From the NCBI GenBank assembly GCA_022813965.1, contig JALDZS010000018.1, forward strand, positions 186,001 to 212,231: a stretch of 26,231 nucleotides of DNA, in the 5' to 3' direction. Origin of the DNA: Toensbergia leucococca. Its lineage: Eukaryota. A model generated the notes under the pieces. It was given only the letters and a program-made list of their open reading frames with translations, ran no database searches and had not been told where the DNA came from. Shown here piece by piece: positions 1 to 10,023 of the stretch (the first letter of the stretch is position 1; every line of letters begins with the position of its first letter). A program made the translations under genes and the position numbers.

Positions 1-865
1 AAAAGTAGGTACCCTTGCCATTTGCCATGGTCAAGATATCCCCCGCTCGGTGTGATGGTTTGGCTTTGTACAGACGGTCTAACTTAGGCGCAGACTAGGC
101 TTTAAGATGCACGTGCTTAAGGTACCTTAGTCAATGGGGATCTACCACGTTACTCTCTTGCTGATGCTAACTTAGCTGATAGCCAAGGGAGGCCTAAATG
201 GCATAGCTGATCCGTAGAGGGAGGGAGGGACCGTGGCGGCGCGGCCCGACCTCAACAAAAATTATCAGGTAGCTCAGGCTGAAACGGTAATCGCGGGTTA
301 GGTAATTTGTCTTTCCCCGGAGTCTAGACGGTGGCACGAAGCGAGAAGGTTCCTCAATATGTGATGCAGCGTGCATGACAGCGTTAAACGGCCGTTGTTG
401 ATAATGACTAGAGAGCAGACTAACTACTCCAAATGGAATGAAAAGCATGGAAAAGCATCGTCGATGAGAGCCAAGGAGCAGTCTATGGACAGCAAACAGG
501 ATGGGGACATGGACAAGAAAGGCAATTGCTCACTCAAGTATGGAAGACGAAGACTCTTGGTCAGATACCACACGCATCTTGTACTCTATGTTCCTCATTA
601 TAGTAAGACTTGAAAGAGCCATTCGACGTTCAATGAAAGTTGACGAATGAAAGAAAGCAAGGGGTGCACGTGCTTTATTTCAACCCCACTCCAGCACTTC
701 ATCTTGGGAGGATATCAAGCATGGAACGGCAAAGTAGGAATCAATATAACGGCAAGGTAAAGATGAGTACACGTTCAAATAAACTGCTTCCTTCGTTCCC
801 AAAAACAGCCAAAGACGCGCGTACAGTGAATATCGCTTAGGTGTCAACCAACGAGAGCTTTGATA

Positions 866-1305
866 CCGTATGATCTGTCATAATATATTGTCGGTTGACA
901 AGACATAAGATATGGTTCCAAATTGACTTTCTGAGACTGAGTGTGTTTGGATCTATGATGATTTCTACCTCTGTGGGGCGAGTCCCAGGTGAAATTCCTC
1001 CCCCTTCTCCTCCTCCTTATCCTCATTCACTGACTCAAGAACAAATGTCTTTTCAAGTTTTCTACTTCAGTCCCTCACCTGAAAAAGAAGTGTAAAGATC
1101 AGATCTTAGGGAAGCTAGTAGTGAACATGATGGTTTTCTCAAGCGAATGTGTCAATTCTCAGCTCAGACCGCGCTCAAGAAACTAGGCATGTATAAGACA
1201 TGATCTCTTTCTGAGATCCTACTGAAAGTAAAAGATATGATTCCAATTGATCCTCGGATCATAGACGGACCAGAAGACTGGTATCTTATGTGACAGATTA
1301 TATGG
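866..1305 (-). mobile_element. Non-autonomous (internally deleted) pogo/Tc1-mariner-type DNA transposon, 440 bp, with TIRs and TA target-site duplication
   Basis: Left end TA|CCGTATGATCTGTCA (TA at 864-865). Right end TGACAGATTATATGG|TA (1291-1305, TA at 1306-1307) is the inverted copy with two C>T changes. Subterminal repeats AAGA(C/T)ATG(G/A)T lie near both ends. The minus strand keeps an acidic transposase-tail remnant (QVRD*SRKLE...EDKEEEKGEE) similar to the relic at 25338-25955. Confidence 0.85.
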
Positions 1306-2291
1306 TATTACTACCTACCCTTCAATCCTCGAACAGATCCCATCCATCAAAAACCGATTTCATTCTCACCATCACCATCTTCAACCAAACCTCCCCTCTT
1401 TCCCAACTCTCCACCCTCTTCTCCCTTTAATTCCCCAAACCTGTCCCCAAAAAAAGCATACCCCGCAAACAAACCGCATAAGGCGAAACTAGATTTGAAA
1501 AAGGAACAGGCTTATATCACAACCATATACACGATAACATCCTCTACTCAACAACTTCAAACCCGAATCACCCTCCTCCTCCCTTCCCAAGATATCTCAC
1601 CAAAGACTGACAAACCCACTCCTTTTCCCAACCTCAAATATACTCTCAACTCCATCCCGCACGCCCTTATTCTTCAAACATCTCCCAGCCACCGGCGTAA
1701 AACCTAGCGGCTGTATGTACAGAGCGCATAAGTCTTTTTCCGCCCCTCACTTGGATATATCCATTACCTAAACTACTCGAAAGTTCCCTACTAGCCCTAA
1801 AAGAAGGCTTGGAATGGATTATCTAACATTTATCCTGGTTGATGATCTGATACGAGAGTTGTGTGAGATCTAGATACGGGGGTTTGATTGTGATTTTCTG
1901 TATCTAGGTGGGGCTTTGTTGGATTGGGGTTTAGGGAGCTGTGTGACCTAGTTTTTAAAAGCGGAACTGGTGATGGAGAGGGGATGGGATCACTTGTGGG
2001 AGACGGCTCTTGGGTGAGATTGGGGAGGGTGAGGAAGGGGTTGTGTTGTTCGCATGGGTGCGTCTTTTGGGGTTTCGTCTCGAGGTAATTTGCTCTGCGT
2101 GTTTTCCAGGGTTTGACTGAGAGAATGGAAGGTTGGATTTGGGTTATTAAGTAGTATTCACATTCTGTAGTGGAAGGAAATTTCAAGATGGCCGCGCATC
2201 TGCTAAGTATTAAGTGCTCCCGTCTGAAGAGATCAAAGGAGCGTTGGCTCTCTTCGAATACGGCGTCAAGCACGCATGGTCTAGTCGTCCT

Positions 2292-2990
2292 CTAGGGACA
2301 GCCGATGGGAGAGATGCTGATATCTAGATTAGGGTTTCCCTAGACACCATGTCAGTTTTCCAGTCCTGGCGAACATCTATAGGGTATACTCACATCACTC
2401 CATCCCGTTCCGGTCAACGCAGCATAAGCGCCCTGGTCAATATCCAACTGGTTCGTTCCCCCATCCCCACACCTCTCATCAGCCGGCACATCCGTCTTGC
2501 AAAAGTTCCACGCGCTCCCTGATGGACAGGCGTCGATGATCTGCACAATGACCGAGTTACCTCCACCTCCGACGGCATTGCCACCATAGCCACCGTTGTT
2601 GGTTACTTGGTAGCAGACGCCGCATTGAGAGCTAGGGCAGTTAGGGTTAGCGTAGCCGGGGATGGGGCTTTGGCCATTGCATTGGGACATGTCGATGCTG
2701 CCACTGCAGGTACCGCCAGAGATGTCGGGGGAGATGTCACTGGCGGCTGCCCCGTAGGTTCCGGATTCGCCTGAGTGCGGAATTAGAACATGTATTTCTG
2801 GGTAGAGCTGGAGGGGATGGGAGTGAGGATGGGGGCGATGATTACCTGACATAGAGCCGCAGACGGTGTTAGATTGAGATGCGAAACTATTAAAGGTGGC
2901 TACACCTGACCATGATTGACGGCGGATGAGACCAGGTATGGAGGCGGTCGCCAGGCTAGCCATGGCGAGAAAAAGAGCTTGAACATGCAT
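2292..2990 (-). CDS. Small secreted Cys-rich protein, double-psi beta-barrel (RlpA/barwin/expansin-like, GH45-like) family, about 189 aa
   Basis: Model join(2990..2846,2770..2394,2339..2292) with GTAATC..CTAAT..CAG and GTGAGT..CTGAC..TAG introns. Signal peptide MHVQALFLAMASLATA, dibasic RR|Q site, 10 Cys. Motifs YGAAAS, CGVCYQVT, VIVQIIDACP and QLDID are typical of DPBB proteins. The last exon reads GNPNLDISISPIGCP*. Confidence 0.88.
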
Positions 2991-3129
2991 TTTGACAAGT
3001 GATGGATCAATAATCGAAACGGGAGTAAGACCAGCTTAACGTAAAGAGCAAATGATTGAAAATCGCAACAGACAGCGAGCGAGTCTTGCAAGAGCGGTCT
3101 GAAACTCTGTCAAAGAGAGATAGACGGCA

Positions 3130-3136
3130 TTATATA
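3130..3136 (-). promoter_or_regulatory. Putative TATA box of the secreted DPBB gene
   Basis: TATATAA on the minus strand about 140 nt upstream of the ATG at 2990. Confidence 0.45.
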
Positions 3137-4499
3137 CAAGCAGTGACCGGAGAAGGACCGTCTAGATACTAGCAAAGCAGAGTTCCCGTGAACGGCAAGA
3201 AATGGTAGAAGCTTACAGTTGAAGGCGCATCATTCTGGGTGACGAGGCCTGATCTCAGACAAGTTCAGCTGATAGGAGGGTAAATGCCCGAGTCTCGTGC
3301 TGGTAAATTCCCGACATCAAGTGTCGCAAGGTACGCCGTGGGGCTCTTTGAGCATCAGATCAGTGGTGCGCATACTTGAATGACACGCCACCGTCGACTG
3401 TTTTGGCGCAAGGGGTGAACGCCCGTTTCAGATCTCTATAGTTGCGGCATCATCTAGAAAGCTTCTAGAAGGTCAATTGATCTCCACAGCCATCAAAGTA
3501 CAAAGCTAGATGATGATTGGATCATCTGAACATAAATGTCGTGCCGATGACAGAGAAAGCTGCATAGTATAGCTCACTATTCATGACCAAACAGGCGATT
3601 TCGAAAGGGGAAAGAGCAAGAGTAAGAGAAAGAAGGATGAAGCAAAACTGCGACCCTCAATCCCAGTACATTTATGAGTTTCAAGGTCCTCTGGCCGGAG
3701 ATTAATCTTAGATTAGCTTGACAGTTCACCCCGCTCTTCAACGCTGTCGCTGCGGCTAATTGTACGTTGGCCATGAAGAAGCTTGAGCTCATCATCACAC
3801 ACTTCCCAAAGCAATCGAATCCACGAGAGGTCCGAGCCCTCCGCCATAGCATATCTTGTGAAATGTCGAGAATGCGTACGGCTGCAAGGTCCCAGGCTAG
3901 ACTATTGTCTCTCGATCCAAATATGTTTCTGTCACCCTTCAGCAGCGTCTGTCGAGACTGTATTGTCTCGTGCCTGCAATTAGCATAGATTCATATTGAC
4001 AGATAAGAACAATCGTGACTGATGTCAGTTATTTGGCGGGATAAGCCTTGTTTCATCAATAGACCCTGTACTGTTGTCGCATTTGTTATCCCATTCCTAC
4101 AATGATATCTCTTCCCTAGTTTGCGCCTTCTCCCTTGCAAGTCAAGTCATTGAGTGTGTTAGTTCCGCTTTACTTTAAGCTTTCAATGCGTGCCTGTACT
4201 CTGTACTCTTAAGCCATTCAGCCTAGCCATTGAACGGATCGGACTGACTACGCTTAGGGTCGGTGTGCCATCATAAGTGTGAGAGCAAGACGAGACGCGG
4301 GTTAGAGTAGCAATGTATCGAAGTAGTCGTGTTGTGACACTGCATTGACCGCGGTGTCGTATCACTATCAAACAAGCACTAGTAGTGCTCTAGGATTCAA
4401 ATTGTCGCAATCAAGTAGGCCCAACCTGCTTCAATCATCTTCTCCACCTGCCGTGACATTATCAGTCAACAATTATCGATCACATAAAGGATTTTGACC

Positions 4500-6350
4500 G
4501 GAGGTAATTGAGAGTCGTAGACTGGTTGGAATCTTCTCGCATTTGATTTGGACCAGAATGTTAGATTCAGTTGGTGAAAAACAGCACATTCACTGCTGAG
4601 ACATGTCAGGATCTGTCATTGCCACAAGAGTTCCAGATTTAACAAGATAGCGTGTGAGCCATCATGTCTTCACTTGTAGGTAAGTGCGTTTATTGGCATT
4701 GGCGGATGATCTCAGGTCCATTGCTTGCGAGTGATCTTGTTTCATCTCCTCGGCATCCGAATCCATTTAGGAGTATGTAGCCAGTAAGGACATCGAAGCC
4801 TGAGTGCTTGAACTCTCTATGAATGAGCTGATAGGCCTTGGAGCCCGAATGATATAGGTACTCTGAGGCGGATGGTTCCATCGATCATGGCCGCGACCTC
4901 AAGTACTTGTCGGAGGAGGAGAGATACCTGTGGATCACAATATATCAGAAAACAAAGGATACAAGCCTATGAGGTTCGTCAATAGTATGAACGAAGGCGA
5001 AAGAGGACTCGGTATTTTTTGGTGCAGTAGAAAGCAACGGTGCAGCTAGTCGCTCGGATTGTATTGAGCTATGGTCCTTCAAAGCTGGATTGTGTGACCC
5101 GTAATTGTTGATTAGGTCCTTTTGTATGTTTGCTTTGGGCTTTTCATGATTAAGTACATAGATCAGAACCAACAAAAGTGCGCAAAGTATTGCTGCGTAG
5201 AGGCAAGGAATGGGTTTTTCTTCTGTACAAGCACCTAGAAATAAAGACACACTAACGGGTTGTGGTCATTATACAACACCCAGCTGGCTATTCGTGTCAA
5301 AAAAGAAGAAAGTCAGTCATGCATTGATGGGGTATATAACAGGCCGAGTAGTCAATTTCAATCCCCGAATGGCGTACAAGACAGAAAAAGGCGGGTGGTT
5401 AGGCATCGTGTGGCTCATGTGCTCGTAGCTACTGCAACAAGGACACAAGTACTTAAGCAATGCTGCAGTCTCTACCCCTTGGGGCAGCCAGGCAGACATT
5501 GGAGTAAGAGAGAATATAAGACAGATGAGGCAACGATCTCCCGAGGCTCTTTGCCTGAATCTCTCTATCTCATTGCCTCTCTTCATTTTACCTACAATAC
5601 GTGCGGCCACTATTTCTCTCTCGTATTTCCTGACTTTTGAGGGGACTTCCTTTGGCCTAGTAGTATATCATCAGAGAGTCAGCCATAATAATAGCCGTCT
5701 CTTAAAGAAAAGCATGAAGAGTGAGGGTGGTGACCCTGAAATCGGAGAGAAAGGTTGTAGATTTCCTTTTCCACGGAATAACTAGTGGTCTGTGAGGGTG
5801 ATTGACCACCAATATAGCGCTGCTTCATGTGAGGGTACCGTGCATCTTAGCTAGATAAATGGTATGCTTCTCAGTCTTGTTGGAAAGAGAAGCATAAATC
5901 GAGCAACAATATCTTTGTTCGTGTAAGTCGTAAGTGCTCAAGGATTCTTGAAGGAGATCTAGAGAGGGAATATATAATGGCTCGAGTGGGTAGAGATTGA
6001 TTTCACCCTTCCCTCGCCAAAAGTCGATACTAAAATGCCAAGGTGTGTCTAATCCTCGAATGGACTCATCCAATCCTCGGCAGGGTATCCGTCGCATCCG
6101 CCGCTTTCCCCAGGCTGCAGGTGATGTGTGCATCCATAAGGTAGTTGACGTGCTGACAAGATACGTCATTTCGAAGACGTGAGACTGGCTTAACAGAAAA
6201 CACGCAGGTCGTGAAATAGAGATTAAGTACGAAGAAGAAGACGATCCATACCGGGTATGGACTCCTTGTATCCCTGGTAAAACATATGCGCGCTTCTTGA
6301 CTAGGTTGACGTAGCATTTTCTCGATGCCTGTTGACTGTCGGCGATCATC
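4500..6350 (-). pseudogene. Probable decayed protein-coding gene of unknown family
   Basis: Consecutive protein-like minus-strand segments are broken by stops and frameshifts: DESIRGLDTPWHFSIDFWRGKGEINLYPLEP; AALYWWSITLTDH*LFRGKGNLQPF; LWLTL**YTTRPKEVPSKVRKYEREIVAARIVGKMKR...YEHMSHTMPNHPPFSVLYAIRG...PINA*LTFF; YLRSRP*SMEPSASEYLYHSGSKAYQ...LASNGPEIIRQC. The stops are one transition from W/Q codons. Family not recognised and boundaries approximate. Confidence 0.45.
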
Positions 6351-6739
6351 AACAATTTATGTGGTCAAGGTGTCGAGGTAGCGCACTCTCCCGCTAGTTC
6401 TACTGGTACAACAAGGTCGCCTGCGTTCGTTGCCTCTTACCTCCTTACCAATTGATTAGCTGGACATTGCTTTTGTTCCCGATGATAGGTTGTTGTCCAG
6501 CCTGACTGAATGGATGATGCATCTCTGCATCGTCTTCAGCATCCGAAAGGAAGAAGGAAGAAACATGACAGGGTGGTGAGCACTCGGTTAAAGCCGATGA
6601 GGCTGAGGTGGGAGGTGGGCAACGCATGACTCGAATGCTTTGATGCGCCTAGCCGGCTTCATCATCAACAATTCAACCATCGTCTTCATCTTTACTTGAT
6701 ATATGCCTTCATCTTTATCGCCGCCTTGTACCCTCGATC

Positions 6740-8639
6740 ATGTCTGGAGTCGAGGTGCTCGCAGTCGTTGCCGCCATCGCGTCCATTGTTTCTGCATTCA
6801 ATGACGGTAACAGCATTGTCCGCCAGATCAAAGACAAGCGAAAAGCTAGAAAGGCCCTTCCTCCAACCAAGTACCTGGAAGAGTCACTGACCTCTGGGCC
6901 TCCGGCTATCGAGGCCGAGAAGGATAATGGCCTCAGGGAGTTTGGCTTGTTGTTTGGCAATGGAGACCGTACGTCGAGAATGCCATCCACTTTCTTAGGC
7001 AGCGCTGACAATTCCTCCAGGGATAGCTATCGATAGCCTCAAGGATATTGTCATCGAACTCCAAGGCACCCTCCTGACCCATCTCCATCGCGCACAAGAA
7101 GACGACATGGTCACCGATTTTACCGTTGTGGTCAATACATCGAATCTGGGAAGGGTCAAGGCCGTCAGGGCTTTGTGCGAACTTTACATGCGTCTGGCTA
7201 CTGCTGCCCCCATCAGACCCGATCCATTACAAATTCAATACGCGACACCTCAAACACCATTAATTCCCTATCGACAACAACGTAGTAACACACACGCGCC
7301 AAAGGAATCCGTTCCACATATGCTCAATCAGATATCTCAAACCTCAGCCCACGCATTAGACCTGGATCGTCTTGGTTATGTAGAGACCATACAACCAAGT
7401 AAATATCCTCAGACCTTGTCTGCAATTCCAAGCTTGAGTGATGTGTCCTGGGACACAGGAAGGATCTCGCCAGTACAACAAATATCGCCGCGAGAGGAAA
7501 TATCACAGCCAAAAATACCTGAGATTTCTGATGCATCGCTTCCGCTGCCAGTCTCCACCAAAAGTCGAAAGCCTTCGTTCCTCGATAAATTTAGACGAAG
7601 CTCGTCAAAGCAGGGCAACCAAAGTCAACCGAATTTGGCACCAACGCTGGAAAAACACCAACCGCAGAGTGAGAGCTCGGGTAGTTTGTCTTGGGGCTCA
7701 TCCCGAGGATCTTCCGACCCAATGGACTTTCCATCCGAGCAATCGAACCCAAAGGTCAAATTCAACCGACAAAATGACCCCATCATTGACGAACTCACGG
7801 AAAGAGTCTGGGGAGTTGATGATAGAAGCATAAAGGACGATCGACCTCACCCATCTCCAGGGACTTCGCTGTCTCGAAGAATAAAACGAAGACCTACAAG
7901 CGACCTTGAAGTGGCTCAAACAGCTCGTCGATATACAAGTGACCTCGAAGTTCCAGATCCGACGCCCTCGTCTGTTCTTTCACAACCCTCGTTGACTTCG
8001 AAATTGATTCTCCCCTCGTCCGAGAACAATTATGGAGGATTCTGCGAAGGCGCATGGAAACTACAAGTCGGGGAGCGCAAGGGCATCAAGCTGCGGCAGG
8101 GTATGGGGCCGGTCTCTACCACATATCACTTTTGGCAGTGCACAAGCAAAAAGTGTGCTTTCGAGGGAGAGATGTTTGGAACTGTCAAATCCCCAACTTT
8201 TGATCCTCGTGTTCGCGAGTCCAAGTCCGGCTTACGGTTCAAATGGATGTTTCTTGCCAAGTCTCACGTTGCTCAGGCGAGGATTTCCCATGGACAGTTT
8301 AGCTATCGATGTATATTCTGCTGTACGAATAATGAGCCTCCACCTGTTTTTGGACGTGTGGACATGCTTTTAGATCATTTGTTGACTCACAGAGGCCAGG
8401 TTCTGCCAGCGGAATTGCTTTACAGGGCTGGCTGCGTGGTGGATAGATTGACCGCAGATGACGAGAACTTTGATCTTAACGTCCCTCCATTCTCTGGCAG
8501 CGACGGTCAATTGATTAGGTTGCGAGGATTGGGGACGAGTCCATCGAATACTGAATTACCGATATCCATAGAGCCTGACGATTGTAACATTGCGAATCGG
8601 TTTCATGGCACAAACTCGGAGAACCATTGGACGAACTGA
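6740..8639 (+). CDS. Uncharacterised fungal protein, about 615 aa: N-terminal helical domain with hydrophobic first helix, S/P/Q-rich linker, C-terminal Cys/His Zn-binding-like domain
   Basis: join(6740..6968,7021..8639). The intron GTACGT..CTGAC..CAG fuses the 98-aa and 510-aa ORFs in frame (..FGNGDR-IAIDSLKDIVIELQG..). The C-terminal region has GFCEGAW, WQCTSKKC, FLAKSH and YRCIFC...LLDHLLTH. Confidence 0.88.
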
Positions 8640-10023
8640 GGAAGTGAAAGAACCCATAATTTGATGATGGAGTATTCCACCCTGGGGCATAAGGCATGTG
8701 CAAGGATGACTTATGAACTGGTCAGTAGATGATTCGCGCAATCTGTCTTCAAGACTGGATTCTGAACGGAACAGCGTCTAGTTACCTTACGAAGTGGTCA
8801 CCACAAGCTGTGCATATCGTGTTCACGAGATTACCCAGCTATTGGCAAGATGGCGAAGATGTTTTCGCTTGGTTTGTTGACCTATCTGCTACAGCTTCAC
8901 ACAGTACGCCCTCGTCCCAGAGCTTTGCTATGGCGAAATGCTGCCTGAAATTTAATCGAGCCTCCATATCGCAACGCGCAGCTTGTTCGACTTGTATTAC
9001 GCTTCGGAGTTCATGTCGTTGATTTGAAATCTTATCAATTGATCGTTGAGTCCCCAGAGGCTACGTCCGAGTGGCATCGAGTTTGTTGTCCTGTCATCCC
9101 TCAAAATGACATCCCTGGCTATGGTTAAGGCTGGGATATTACAACACCGATGATGGAATGGTCAATGAGGTCTTGGCTGTGCTAGACGCATCGAAAAACA
9201 GCTAGCTACGTCAAATTCTTCCGAATTTCATTCCTAGGGACCTCGCTATCCTGGTAGCAGGCCGACGTTACAGTATTTTACTCTGTATATTTCTTACACT
9301 CAAAGGATGCCATACCGTCAAGTGTTATCTCAAGCTAAGAACAAAAAGTTCGTGCATCGGCCGGTGGCTTGTGGTGCAGTGTTTCTTATTATCGAAGGAC
9401 TCGGAGCAAGTTCAGAGATTCTTGTATCATTTGGGCTTGGAATGGTGCTGTACGCTCCTGATGGATACCTTTTCTGTCGATATGCAAATTCCAGAGAGGT
9501 GGTGTACACACATAGCCTTTGATTGATAAAGATCATTTGCATCACTCACGATGAACTTCAACTGATAGATTGAAGTAGTCGGCACTTGATCACATTTGAT
9601 AGTACCTACCCCTTTCTGCACGAACTTTACGGATGTCGCATATTTTCATGCAAAACAACAATGATCATTCAGCAAAGGTCTTCCGATTTCTAGGAGATAT
9701 AATGAGTGTCACGATTACTCTTGCGATTCCCAATGTTTCCGAGTACCATGAACTCATTCATTTCAGAAATGCCTTATTCCAGGAGGAGAGGCCGATGGAC
9801 GCAGAGTTTAGATCGAGATGCCTGAGAGGTCTGTGGACACGCGACGTGGATATCTTGCTCCACTGCGATATGGTCCTTGTGTAACCTGACTGGTGGCTGC
9901 CTGGTTACTGCATCATCATACATTAGTCGCTGGGCGGAGCTACAATTCAGCCTCACTCGTTGGGTTTTCACCAGCCTTCTTCTTGCCAACGCCGTCCACT
10001 TCAACTTCTTCCATGTATCGATA

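Noticed and set aside
194..840. Short ORFs at the window start
   Set aside because: No recognisable motifs or coherent splice model.
876..1295. TGTCA...TGACA ends suggesting a solo LTR
   Set aside because: The inverted match extends 10 more bases outward to CCGTA/TATGG with flanking TA, and the interior matches a DDE transposase tail, so it is a TIR element.
3577..3988. Overlapping 66-91 aa ORFs
   Set aside because: No family motifs recognised; possibly decayed coding DNA but not supportable.
8560..8639. Asn-rich C-terminus (NIANRFHGTNSENHWTN) as an amyloid signalling motif
   Set aside because: It does not match HET-s, PP or sigma repeat patterns, and no matching motif was found at the neighbour's N-terminus.
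8700..10020. Possible gene between the two HeLo-like genes, including the 49-codon upstream extension of ORF 9877
   Set aside because: All frames are interrupted and unrecognisable; the family-typical start is ATG 10024.
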